A stretch of DNA of 38,221 nucleotides from Candidatus Hermodarchaeota archaeon (GTDB lineage Archaea > Asgardarchaeota > Hermodarchaeia > Hermodarchaeales > Hermodarchaeaceae), in the NCBI GenBank assembly GCA_016839365.1, contig JAEOUH010000053.1, forward strand, positions 1-38,221, read 5' to 3'. Positions 16,449 to 25,268 of the stretch are shown one piece after another (positions within the stretch are counted from its first letter, which is position 1; every line of letters begins with the position of its first letter). Below the pieces are notes generated by a model. The model ran no database searches. It was not told where the DNA came from and saw only the letters and a program-made list of their open reading frames with translations. The translations under genes and the position numbers were made by a program.

Positions 16449-17669
16449 TTAGTTCGCAAGTTCGGCTACCCCTTTGCAGAGGAGTAGCATAGCAGCGGAA
16501 AGCGGAAGCTCCTTTTTAATTGCGCGCATTGGAGGATATTGTTTCCCGTTCAACGTAAATGCAGGGGCATCTAAGACCTTGACGGTGGTAGTGCCGGAGA
16601 AGACCTGGGCATCTTTGAACGGATCAAAATCTTCGAGCTCAGATAATTCAAGTTTCTTTACCTGAAATCCCGTTTTTCCATGTAAGGACCCGGGAAGTCG
16701 AATTAACCGGTGAATGTCAGTGGTTACCGGTTCATCGACTATAGCAGCTAAGGATTCGACGACATATTGCGTGATGGTATACCAGGCCTTTTGTCCGACT
16801 CCTTTGGGTGTAATGTAGCGTGGAGGCGTTTCAGTGAGCTGTTTGTATATAGCTTGGGCATCTTCTTGCAGGAGTCGGATTTGATTGGCCCGGAGCCCAG
16901 GAATATGGCTCAGTTGTTGTGGACTCTGAAACAGGCGTTGAATTCCCTCTGCAATTTTCCCTTCCCATCCCGGAGTCTTCGAATCTGGTCCTTTAGGAAC
17001 ACCATAGCTTTTCTCGACGAAGCCATGATACCGATATTCAATACCAGTTCCTGAGATGTAGTCGACGATTTCACGCCGTTCTTGGGACCCAAGGATATGC
17101 AGCTCTGGGGCGATGCTGTGGATGTGATACCCCCGATGACCTGAGAAGACTACCATGATATTCTTTTTTGAGATTCCCATGTCGGGGATGAGGAAGTTTT
17201 CAATGATCTTAATCGCTTCGGCTTTGGAGTGTGATAAGCATTCTTCGCACATCCATTTGAAGGTTTTGAGTCGGGTGCTGTTACACTTAGTGCATTGCTC
17301 AGGACGGTGCCCATAACCACGGTGGCCACAATCTAAACAAGACCATGAGTCATGTTGTTTTTGGCATGCTAAATCAAAATGGTCTGCGTCAATGTCAAAG
17401 ACCAAATCCGCACCACGCCAACCCTTTAGGGGCATTTGGGGGGCATCTGGAGTGTCATAATAGGCTGCAGAATGGAATATGTGAGCGGGCCCTTCCTTAC
17501 TGATGAACTCGACAAGTTCCTCAGGATTTACAAAATTAGTATGACGGAACACCCCTTCACGATCAAACCAAAAGAATGCGAACTCCCGACTTTCGAATTG
17601 ACGGGGAGGAGTCAAGGGGGTTATTGGATTGAGGTAGTAGTTAGCAAATTGCTTGATAAGGAAGGTCAG
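16449..17669 (-). CDS. priS: DNA primase catalytic subunit; N-terminus extends past TTG 17615, probably to CTG 17669
   Basis: REFAF, LVFDIDAD, FSGHRGYH, DEPVTTDIHRLIRLPGSLH. The upstream in-frame LTFLIKQFANYY matches the PriS N-terminal F..YY helix. Confidence 0.93.
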   Translation of the reverse strand: MTFLIKQFANYYLNPITPLTPPRQFESREFAFFWFDREGVFRHTNFVNPEELVEFISKEGPAHIFHSAAYYDTPDAPQMPLKGWRGADLVFDIDADHFDLACQKQHDSWSCLDCGHRGYGHRPEQCTKCNSTRLKTFKWMCEECLSHSKAEAIKIIENFLIPDMGISKKNIMVVFSGHRGYHIHSIAPELHILGSQERREIVDYISGTGIEYRYHGFVEKSYGVPKGPDSKTPGWEGKIAEGIQRLFQSPQQLSHIPGLRANQIRLLQEDAQAIYKQLTETPPRYITPKGVGQKAWYTITQYVVESLAAIVDEPVTTDIHRLIRLPGSLHGKTGFQVKKLELSELEDFDPFKDAQVFSGTTTVKVLDAPAFTLNGKQYPPMRAIKKELPLSAAMLLLCKGVAELAN

Positions 17670-18700
17670 GGTTTTGATACTCGTTTCCTCCTGTAGCGGT
17701 AGTAATTCAGTGGGTGTCGTCGAACGCCCACCTGGTCAGGATCAACACACAATCGTACGGATAACATGTAGGCACAGCTTGGAGGCGTATAGACTGTGGT
17801 CCCCCGTTTCCCAGCAATATGTTCAATCTGATAACGGGCTAAATCCTCACGGAAATCAGGGGCTTTCATGAACAGCTCAATTATTGAATCAACTTCCATA
17901 CCAACGTTCAGTAAAAACGCCGTTATAGCGAACCGCGCAATATGAGATAGAGGCTTCCCCTCCTTCAGATCTGAGAGAATCGCCTGCATACAGGGTGGGA
18001 ACGCCTCAGGAATGATTTCACCCTCGATTTCCTGTCTATGGCGGTCCACTCGCTTTCGAACTTTAGCGTCAATTTCATCATATACCTGTTGAATGTTAGG
18101 TGGAAATTCGGCGTCGACTTTCTTGATATCACGGACAAGGAGTTGTTCCACTGCGGCTCGAATAACCCGGGTTGTTTCAGTTTTTCGGAGTAAGACAAAC
18201 CCAGTAGACAGTCGCTTATTCACGAGTTTCCATTTGAGGTCGCGAAGTCCTTCAGTCGCGGTTAAATAATTCGTGAAGTGGATGCTGTGGGTGAACGACC
18301 GGCCTGCAATTTGTGATTTCACCGTTTTCATTTGCCAGTTGAATTCGCGTATTGCGATTTGAGCGAGTTTCGAGTCAGTTTCTTTGATGAGAAACTCTTC
18401 TGTTGATTTTGCTTCTGCTGTTGCCCATCGACGTCGCAAGTACATACTAGCGATGGCGTCTACTAACGCTTTTGCCACAAAAAAGCTGGTCAGTTCGACG
18501 TAGGGATCATCATTTAATCCCATGGTGTTTCGTGGAACCTTCGTTTCGAGGGCATCGATCAATCGCAGCTTTGCACGCTTGGTGATCCGAGGATTGTTAT
18601 CCACTTCAGCAAGCAAAACGTTGTATTCTTTGAGTAACGACCTAGCCATCACTGACCAAGGGTATTTGGCTGCTTCATGTATCGAAATATCCTCTTGCAT
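17666..18700 (-). CDS. priL: DNA primase large subunit
   Basis: AKYPW, WKLVN, FPPCM, HIARF, APDFREDLARYQIEHI, YTPPSC, HPLNYY. Confidence 0.95.
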   Translation of the reverse strand: MQEDISIHEAAKYPWSVMARSLLKEYNVLLAEVDNNPRITKRAKLRLIDALETKVPRNTMGLNDDPYVELTSFFVAKALVDAIASMYLRRRWATAEAKSTEEFLIKETDSKLAQIAIREFNWQMKTVKSQIAGRSFTHSIHFTNYLTATEGLRDLKWKLVNKRLSTGFVLLRKTETTRVIRAAVEQLLVRDIKKVDAEFPPNIQQVYDEIDAKVRKRVDRHRQEIEGEIIPEAFPPCMQAILSDLKEGKPLSHIARFAITAFLLNVGMEVDSIIELFMKAPDFREDLARYQIEHIAGKRGTTVYTPPSCAYMLSVRLCVDPDQVGVRRHPLNYYRYRRKRVSKP

Positions 18701-18738
18701 TTTCGTTTCCTAATATTGGGAACGTTGTATTTAGGAAT

Positions 18739-19494
18739 TTAGAAGTCGTCTTCGACTCGTGGAGCAAGGAAGTAGGTAATATGTCCTCCACTACTGACGG
18801 CAAAGACTAGTTTAATGGGAGTACCCTTACCAAATTCCAATTGCACGGTATCAGAGGCTGCAACGGCTTTCATCATGTCGTTGAGATATTCAAGGGCATA
18901 TAGGGATTTGGCAGGTTGTTTAACAGTATACTCTAAGAGCGCCTCCTCAGATTTTCCGATGTTGACCTCTAAGTTGCCTGTATCACCTCGGGCTGAGATC
19001 AGTAGGCTGTCAGGGGTAGCATCAATTGCGATAAAGTCACTGATGATGTTCGCATCCTGTATGATTTCCTTGAGTGTTTCGGCGGTAATTTTGACATTAA
19101 TGTCAAAATCCACATTTAGGCTTGGGGGGCGATCTGCTCCAAGATCAATGAGGGAAATGTTGAAACTCCGTTTCGTACGACCCTGAAGTGTGATTCGTAA
19201 CTGATTCTTTTCCCTATTAAGCCCTAATTCTAGGCTATTTCCTGCACCGGCTCGTTTCACAATTTTGTCCATTTCGTCCAGATTTATCCCGATACGTCCT
19301 TCCTCATCACATTCGTAATGACTAAATGCGCTCTTCGGTAATTCGAAATCGACCATCGCAATCCGTGACGGATCCATGGCTCGAAGCGTAACGCCTTTAG
19401 GTGAAATCTCGAAGTTCGCTTCATCGACCAGGGCTGAAATGGCTCCAATAAGGGATTGCCAGGTTTTTGCATCATCAAATTTTGCAACAAACAA
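18739..19494 (-). CDS. pcn: PCNA sliding clamp
   Basis: RAMDPSRIAMVD, YALEYL, YFLAPRVE; TTG start directly after the upstream TAG, with a GGAGG SD. Confidence 0.97.
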   Translation of the reverse strand: MFVAKFDDAKTWQSLIGAISALVDEANFEISPKGVTLRAMDPSRIAMVDFELPKSAFSHYECDEEGRIGINLDEMDKIVKRAGAGNSLELGLNREKNQLRITLQGRTKRSFNISLIDLGADRPPSLNVDFDINVKITAETLKEIIQDANIISDFIAIDATPDSLLISARGDTGNLEVNIGKSEEALLEYTVKQPAKSLYALEYLNDMMKAVAASDTVQLEFGKGTPIKLVFAVSSGGHITYFLAPRVEDDF

Positions 19495-19839
19495 CTAGGA
19501 ACTCCTCCCGCTGGGGGCGGCTTGGACTATTTTCAATACACGCTTAAATAACTGTTTATCAAGGGCGGTGAGATCTTGTGTAATTTCCGCTCGGAGTAGA
19601 AGGGCACCCTCCGGGGATACTGCGACTGTACCAAATACTCTTACAAAAGTTTGCAGTTCGGGTGGCTGATCAGTAGCTACGGAGATTCGCCCCGTATCAT
19701 CACTGATTGTAAAGCCTGTATTCTCTTGAATGTCAACGACAAAACCGATTATCCGAAACCGTCGACCTGCAGAATCGGAGGTGATATTCCCAATATCGGT
19801 GTACACAGCTGGTGTTCGGACAAAGGGATCGGTTGACAT
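19495..19839 (-). CDS. Single OB-fold protein, RPA small subunit (RPA14/RPA3)-like
   Basis: RIIGFVV...ISDDTGRI...VRVFG OB strands followed by a QDL..LD..L helix; first gene of the replication operon. Confidence 0.7.
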   Translation of the reverse strand: MSTDPFVRTPAVYTDIGNITSDSAGRRFRIIGFVVDIQENTGFTISDDTGRISVATDQPPELQTFVRVFGTVAVSPEGALLLRAEITQDLTALDKQLFKRVLKIVQAAPSGRSS

Positions 19840-19944
19840 TGAAAGCTTCCGCCAGTTGCTCTATCATAGGATGTCTCACTATGTTTCTTAAAGTTGTATG
19901 GTTCCATCAGCTTCCCGAGAAAGGAGAAACTTTAAAATGCCCCC

Positions 19945-19979
19945 ATGTCAGTCTTGACCTGACATCTCAAATGAGATGT
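19945..19979. promoter_or_regulatory. Two overlapping inverted repeats in a divergent promoter region
   Basis: ATGTCAG-N7-CTGACAT (19945-19965) and ACATCTCA-AA-TGAGATGT (19962-19979), just downstream of TTTAAAA at about 19931. Confidence 0.45.
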
Positions 19980-20036
19980 ATCTTACTATTCAGTTCAGAA
20001 TATTTTCTGCTAGATTGTATAGCGAGGTTGAATACT

Positions 20037-20288
20037 ATGACGTGGAGAACAATTCCTCTTCGCAATGTTATTCTCTCTATTCTTGAAAAGCGTCAAGGAG
20101 TCCTCATCGACAGGGAGTTAACGCGGTTGTTGAAGACCAACCGTGTTAACGTGGAACCCCATGAATTGGACCGAACACTAATGGAGTTAGAGATAAGCGG
20201 GAAGATCCATGTTCAACAGATTACCAAAACCAAACGGAAAATCGAGTTGCTTGGTGAACGCCGGTATTTAGCCATTGCCGAGGACTAG
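20037..20288 (+). CDS. Small winged-helix protein, function unknown
   Basis: From ATG 20037: LRNVILSILEKRQGVLIDRELTRLL...ELDRTLMELEISGKIHV, a wHTH pattern. Confidence 0.7.
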   Translation: MTWRTIPLRNVILSILEKRQGVLIDRELTRLLKTNRVNVEPHELDRTLMELEISGKIHVQQITKTKRKIELLGERRYLAIAED

Positions 20289-20317
20289 AGTACCTTCAAT
20301 CTTTGATTCACAGTTGT

Positions 20318-22510
20318 CTAAGTAAAGGGAGAAGTATCAGGGCGAGTTTGTTTCGCTCGTTTGCCCCAAGATTGGTAGGCTTTTTCCATTTCCGGAGTTA
20401 TTGTTGGAGTCACTTCGCCAATCGCTTTCAAGAAGTGGGTACGCGTAACCTTCGTGGATTTCATGTTTTCCTCAAGAGATGCAAGTGCAGCTTCACGGCA
20501 GCACGCTGCGATATCACTTCCCGCGAAGTTTTGAGATTTCTTCACTAACTCATCCAAATCCACATCTTTAGCAATAGGCATATTCTTAGTATAGATTTCG
20601 AAGATTTGTCTGCGTGCGGCTTCATCAGGGGCATGTACAAGGATATGTCGATCAAACCGCCCCGGTCTTAGCATTGCAGGATCCAAGAGGTCAGGACGAT
20701 TGGTTGCGGCGAGAACGACGATATCTTTCAGAGTTTGAATGCCATCAATTTCGGTAAGGAATTGACTAATTACTCGTTCTGTGACATGTGAGTCTCCGGC
20801 GCCTGTTCCTCTTGAGGGTGCGATGGCATCAATTTCGTCGAAGAAGATGATTGCGGGAGCAGCGTGGCGGGCCCGGCGGAACACTTCACGGACGGCTTTC
20901 TCCGATTCACCCACCCATTTGCTAAGGACTTCGGGACCTTTTATACTGATGAAGTTCGCTTCGCTTTCGGTGGCAACGGCTCGGGCAAGCAAGGTTTTGC
21001 CACACCCTGGGGGTCCGTATAGAAGTACACCACGGGGTGGTTCGACACCAAGCCGCGTAAATGATTCTGGGTGTTGTAAGGGCCATTGAACCGCCTGTTG
21101 CAGTTTATGCTTGATCTCCTCAAGCCCACCAACATCGTCCCAACGCACGTTCGGTACTTCAATCGTCACCTCGCGCATGGCGGTGGGTTGAATTTCTCGG
21201 AGAGCTTCGACGAAGTCGTTGTTGGTGACGCGTAAATCAGCGAGAACCTCTGGGGGAATCTCATCTTCTTCGAGGTTAATTCGTGGAAGATAGCGGCGTA
21301 GTGCATTCATGGCTGCTTCGCGACAGAGAGCCGCTATATCCGCACCAACGAAACCGTGGGTGATGTCAGCAATGGCCTCAGGTTTGACAGATTCGAGTGG
21401 CATACCCCGAGAATGAATATGCATGATTTGAAGCCGCCCCTCTTTATCGGGGACTCGAATCTCGATTTCGCGATCGAACCGTCCTGGCCGTCGAAGAGCT
21501 GGATCGATGGCGTTAGGTCGATTACTAGCCCCAATGACGATCACCTGTCCACGTTGTTGGAGCCCATCCATGACAGCGAGGAGCTGAGCAACAACTCGAC
21601 GTTCAACTTCTCCGATAACTTCTTCGCGTTTCGGTGCAATGGCATCCAGTTCATCGATGAACACAATACTGGGTGCATTCTTTTCTGCATCTTCGAAGAT
21701 TTGACGAAGGCGTTTTTCAGATTCTCCATAGAATTTGCTCATGATTTCGGGGCCATTAATGGAGATAAAATGGGCCTCTGACTCATTGGCTACGGCTTGC
21801 GCCAGAAGTGTTTTCCCACAGCCTGGGGGGCCATAGAGCAAGACTCCTTTCGGAGGATTGATTCCTAAGCGAGCGAAGAGCTCGGGGTGTTTCAGAGGTA
21901 ACTCGACCATTTCTCGAATCCGCTGAATTTCGTGGCTAAGGCCACCAATTTCCTCGTAGGTGATAAGAGGAACACCAATTTCAAGTTCCTTTGGTGGTTC
22001 ACTCATAATTGTAAGCTGTGAGTTTAATGCGATGACCACAACACCGGTGGGACGCGAGCGGCGAACACTAAATCGCACAGGGCGCCCAAGAATGGACACA
22101 TGAACCACATCGTCTTTACAGACCGGACAGTTGAGGAGCTTCTGTTTGACGAAGTCATCAAAATCTTTCACCGGGAATCGCATTTCTAAAGGAGCCAAGA
22201 CAACTGAGAGGGCTTGGCGTTCTTGAACTGTATAGACCGTGACCGGTTCTTCTAAGCTGATTCCAGCGTTGCGGCGCATCCGTCCATCCATTCGAATGAT
22301 GCTTTGTCCTTCGTCCTGCGGGTATGCTGGCCACACGATGCCTGCCGTATCTTTTCGCCCCTTGATCCCAATGATGTCTCCCGTTTGGACACCAAGTTTT
22401 TCCATCGTTGAGGAATCTATGCGGATGATGAATCGGCCTGCATCACGTTCGTGGGCTTTTTTCACGCGCAGGTTGATGGTTTTTCCTTTCGGAGGTTGAT
22501 CTTCTTCCAC
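20318..22510 (-). CDS. cdc48: CDC48/VCP family AAA+ ATPase
   Basis: N domain plus two AAA modules (GPPGCGKT twice, FIDE/FFDE, RPGRFDR twice). Confidence 0.97.
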   Translation of the reverse strand: MEEDQPPKGKTINLRVKKAHERDAGRFIIRIDSSTMEKLGVQTGDIIGIKGRKDTAGIVWPAYPQDEGQSIIRMDGRMRRNAGISLEEPVTVYTVQERQALSVVLAPLEMRFPVKDFDDFVKQKLLNCPVCKDDVVHVSILGRPVRFSVRRSRPTGVVVIALNSQLTIMSEPPKELEIGVPLITYEEIGGLSHEIQRIREMVELPLKHPELFARLGINPPKGVLLYGPPGCGKTLLAQAVANESEAHFISINGPEIMSKFYGESEKRLRQIFEDAEKNAPSIVFIDELDAIAPKREEVIGEVERRVVAQLLAVMDGLQQRGQVIVIGASNRPNAIDPALRRPGRFDREIEIRVPDKEGRLQIMHIHSRGMPLESVKPEAIADITHGFVGADIAALCREAAMNALRRYLPRINLEEDEIPPEVLADLRVTNNDFVEALREIQPTAMREVTIEVPNVRWDDVGGLEEIKHKLQQAVQWPLQHPESFTRLGVEPPRGVLLYGPPGCGKTLLARAVATESEANFISIKGPEVLSKWVGESEKAVREVFRRARHAAPAIIFFDEIDAIAPSRGTGAGDSHVTERVISQFLTEIDGIQTLKDIVVLAATNRPDLLDPAMLRPGRFDRHILVHAPDEAARRQIFEIYTKNMPIAKDVDLDELVKKSQNFAGSDIAACCREAALASLEENMKSTKVTRTHFLKAIGEVTPTITPEMEKAYQSWGKRAKQTRPDTSPFT

Positions 22511-22589
22511 GGTTATTCTCCATATAATGCAACAGCGCTAACACATAAAAAACTGTCAGAAAGTCAAGGGAAATCAGCCTAGATTGGTT

Positions 22590-22856
22590 TTATATGAGGC
22601 TGACCGCTTCGACTTCGATTTCGCCAACACCAGTGACTTTCTTGATGCTTTCTTCAACGAAGGCAGTGCCTCCCGCTTCGTCGTCGACAATGAAGCGCAA
22701 GCGAAGCGCAAAGAGTGGTCCAAATATGGGAATTTCCTCCCAGGCTTCGATGCGTACTTTCCCTTCAAGAGCCTGGCCGATCCGCTGGCGTAATTCGTTA
22801 ATGGGCTCATTTGCGTCTTCAGGCATGATTTTCATTATAGCAAGAACCTTTCCCAT
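22590..22856 (-). CDS. ef1b: Elongation factor 1-beta
   Basis: MGKVLAIMKIMPED...EEIPIFG..AL...DDEAGG...VGEIEV. Confidence 0.9.
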   Translation of the reverse strand: MGKVLAIMKIMPEDANEPINELRQRIGQALEGKVRIEAWEEIPIFGPLFALRLRFIVDDEAGGTAFVEESIKKVTGVGEIEVEAVSLI

Positions 22857-22889
22857 GTCAATAACCTTCACTTAGCAGATCAAAACGAA

Positions 22890-23066
22890 TTAAGGTCCCT
22901 CGAAATTACAGGCGGGGCAAGTGTAGGTATTTGCGAATTCCCGACACTTTTGACACCTGCGAATTGTATAGTTCGCGCATGCAGGGCAGGTGAACTGGAC
23001 CGAGTTTTCACGGGGTGTAACGAGGCCACCACAACAGGAGCAGAATGATGTTTTGCTTTCACTCAT
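22890..23066 (-). CDS. Small Zn-finger protein (DUF1610/HVO_2753-like)
   Basis: Not in the track (58 aa): MSESKTSFCSCCGG...FTCPAC...IRRCQKCREFANTYTCPACNFEGP; four CxxC motifs and an FEGP end, at the usual position upstream of EF-1b. Confidence 0.9.
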   Translation of the reverse strand: MSESKTSFCSCCGGLVTPRENSVQFTCPACANYTIRRCQKCREFANTYTCPACNFEGP

Positions 23067-23146
23067 CGTGTTCGCCTTTCTGGTTTAACGTGATTCTGAT
23101 GGATACATGTAGACTTCTTAAATTTTGTTGACTACCACACTCAATG

Positions 23147-23677
23147 TCAATCGATATGCTGTTTGTGAATCGCCCGACGTTTGAGCGTAGTCCCGCACAC
23201 TGGACAAGCAGTTTCGGTTGTTGATCCTGGTTCTTTGTGACCACAAGCCTTGCAATAGGTCTCCCAGTTGATGATTTCACGGATACCGGAAGTTGAGATT
23301 GATTTGAATTCGACACCAAGTTGTTGGGCAACGTTTTGAATTGCGTAATCGTCGGTTACCAAGACAACCCGGTAATCTTGAGTTGAGAGGTCTAAAGCGA
23401 GTGCAAGGAGTTGTTGATCCGGTTCAGAGAGAGTTGGCAAATCTCCCAGCTCCTGAGCAGTAATTTTCACCTTCTCGAGCGAATGGGGTGTAGGTTCGAT
23501 GATGCGGAGTTTGTTGGTTACGATCAAGAGGTCGAGGCTTTCCTTGAGTCCTTTTTGATGCATTTCTTTTTCAATAATTGGTGTTGTCGCTAGTTGTATG
23601 TCTTCGGCGGCGAATTGTTGTTGATGGTAGAGTGCAGAGGTATCAATGACAAAAATGACAGGTCGTTTTGGTTGCAC
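23147..23677 (-). CDS. nob1: Nob1 endoribonuclease (PIN + Zn ribbon)
   Basis: VIDTSAL, LSEPD, TDDYAIQNVA, CKACG...CPVCG. Confidence 0.93.
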   Translation of the reverse strand: MQPKRPVIFVIDTSALYHQQQFAAEDIQLATTPIIEKEMHQKGLKESLDLLIVTNKLRIIEPTPHSLEKVKITAQELGDLPTLSEPDQQLLALALDLSTQDYRVVLVTDDYAIQNVAQQLGVEFKSISTSGIREIINWETYCKACGHKEPGSTTETACPVCGTTLKRRAIHKQHID

Positions 23678-23816
23678 TATTAACGCCTCTAAATTCAGAA
23701 GTGCTTATCAGATGTATCCTCAAAAACTGGTCACGATTCCCTTCTATTTGGACTTTTGCGAAGTAGCAAAAAGGTTTAAGAGAGCGCCTGAATTCTATCC
23801 GGAACGGTGGCAGAAA

Positions 23817-24221
23817 TTGTCGCATAAAGTAGTCGAAGCGGGTAGCTTGAAAGTCGGACGACACCTCGTAATCGAGGAGGACGTCTACAAGGTAGTCAGT
23901 ATTGAGAAGAGCAAATCAGGCAAACACGGGCATGCCAAGGCTCGAATTACAGCAGTGAGCATCTTTGATGGGTCGAAGAAAAGCATTGTATTGCCTACAG
24001 ATACTAAGGTTGATTCCCCTGTAATTGATAAGCGGCTCGCTCAAGTCAACTACATTACTGATGCCACTCCCCCTCAATTGGGGTTAATGGACATGGAAAG
24101 CTATGAGAGCTTTGAGGTCCCAAAGCCAGATCCTGAGAACTTCGAGGGTGAAATTGAGCAAGGTATCCAAATCGAATACTGGATCGTGTTAGGTCGAAGA
24201 AAACTCATTCGGCGACGATGA
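23817..24221 (+). CDS. eif5a: Translation factor aIF5A (TTG start inferred)
   Basis: SKSGKHGHAK hypusine loop; similarity to the family begins at (L/M)SHKVVEAGSLKVG. Confidence 0.95.
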   Translation: MSHKVVEAGSLKVGRHLVIEEDVYKVVSIEKSKSGKHGHAKARITAVSIFDGSKKSIVLPTDTKVDSPVIDKRLAQVNYITDATPPQLGLMDMESYESFEVPKPDPENFEGEIEQGIQIEYWIVLGRRKLIRRR

Positions 24222-24268
24222 AAGGGCCTCTTCACCTACTTGAAATCACTTAATCCGGATTTTTGACA

Positions 24269-25210
24269 ATGTCGCGTCGCTTCGTCAAGCAAATGAAACT
24301 CAAAAAGGGAATATCCCTGCACGAGTTAGTTGAGCAATATCGACAGTCAGGCGTATTGGGTGCGGGGCGAGTAGCGAGAGCTACACATATTGTCCGAAAC
24401 ATCTTTACAACTCCAGAAAATGTCGTCTTCTTAGCAATGGCCGGTCCGATGGTTCCAGGAGGATTACGCGACATCATCGCCCAATTAATAAAAGCTAACC
24501 GCATCCATGCCATCGTAACCAGTGGTGCTAACATCGTTCATGACGTACTCGAAGCAATCGGAGGGCACCACGTTATGGGCGACCTGCACGCCAATGACCG
24601 CGAGTTAGCGGAACAGCAACTCGGTCGAGCGGGCGATGTCTATGTAGAAACCGAAGGCTTTACAAAATTCGAAGATGAGATTAGGTCAATTTTGAGCAGA
24701 ATTCCTGAAGAGAAGCGTAAGGAGGGCCTCTCCCCTTCAGAGCTCATCGCAACAATTGGCGAACAGGTAACGGACCCCGAATCCATCGTGCACCAGGCCT
24801 ATCTCAACAAGGTTCCCATTTTTTGCCCCGGAATATTAGACTCTATGTTGGGGTTACATATTGCCCTTTTCAGCCAGCTTCAGCCCATGAAACTCAACGG
24901 GCTAAAAGATATGGAGATCCTTTACGATCTGGTGCATGATGCAAAACGCGTAAGTGCCATTATTCTTGGTGGTGGCCTCCCGAAGCATTTCACCTTGGGA
25001 GCAAACATCCTCCGTGGAGGACTTGACAATGCTATTCAAATTACCACAGCGCGAGAGGAAGATGGAAGTTTGAGCGGAGCCAAGCTCCAAGAAGGGATAT
25101 CATGGGGAAAGGTGAAGGCAGAAGCGGAGTTTGAAACTGTAATTGGTGATGCCACAATCCTGTTTCCCCTCATAATCGGCGCCGTGTTAGAAGACTTGGA
25201 GTCTTTTTAG
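24269..25210 (+). CDS. dys: Deoxyhypusine synthase
   Basis: TSGAN, DSMLG, GGGLPKH, GSLSGA..EGISWGK, GDATI; adjacent to its substrate aIF5A. Confidence 0.93.
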   Translation: MSRRFVKQMKLKKGISLHELVEQYRQSGVLGAGRVARATHIVRNIFTTPENVVFLAMAGPMVPGGLRDIIAQLIKANRIHAIVTSGANIVHDVLEAIGGHHVMGDLHANDRELAEQQLGRAGDVYVETEGFTKFEDEIRSILSRIPEEKRKEGLSPSELIATIGEQVTDPESIVHQAYLNKVPIFCPGILDSMLGLHIALFSQLQPMKLNGLKDMEILYDLVHDAKRVSAIILGGGLPKHFTLGANILRGGLDNAIQITTAREEDGSLSGAKLQEGISWGKVKAEAEFETVIGDATILFPLIIGAVLEDLESF

Positions 25211-25268
25211 AAAGAATTAAGATGGTGTATTGGGTTATCCGCCCAGTATTCGACCATAGAAGGCAAAT

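Noticed and set aside
18739-19839. Amber readthrough or pyrrolysine fusion of RPA-like and PCNA (and of SRP54 and TrmY-like at 26631-26636)
   Set aside because: TAG is an ordinary stop for many conserved genes here (cdc48, eno, rpl10e, eif2a), and each downstream gene has its own SD-like sequence and TTG start.
22880-23331. Track ORFs 22880-23062 and 23059-23331
   Set aside because: Wrong frames; the real genes are the Zn-finger protein at 22890-23066 and nob1.
23646-23816. N-terminal extensions of aIF5A (and likewise 19812-20036 and 28544-28594)
   Set aside because: They overlap neighbouring genes or promoter regions; family similarity begins at the later starts.
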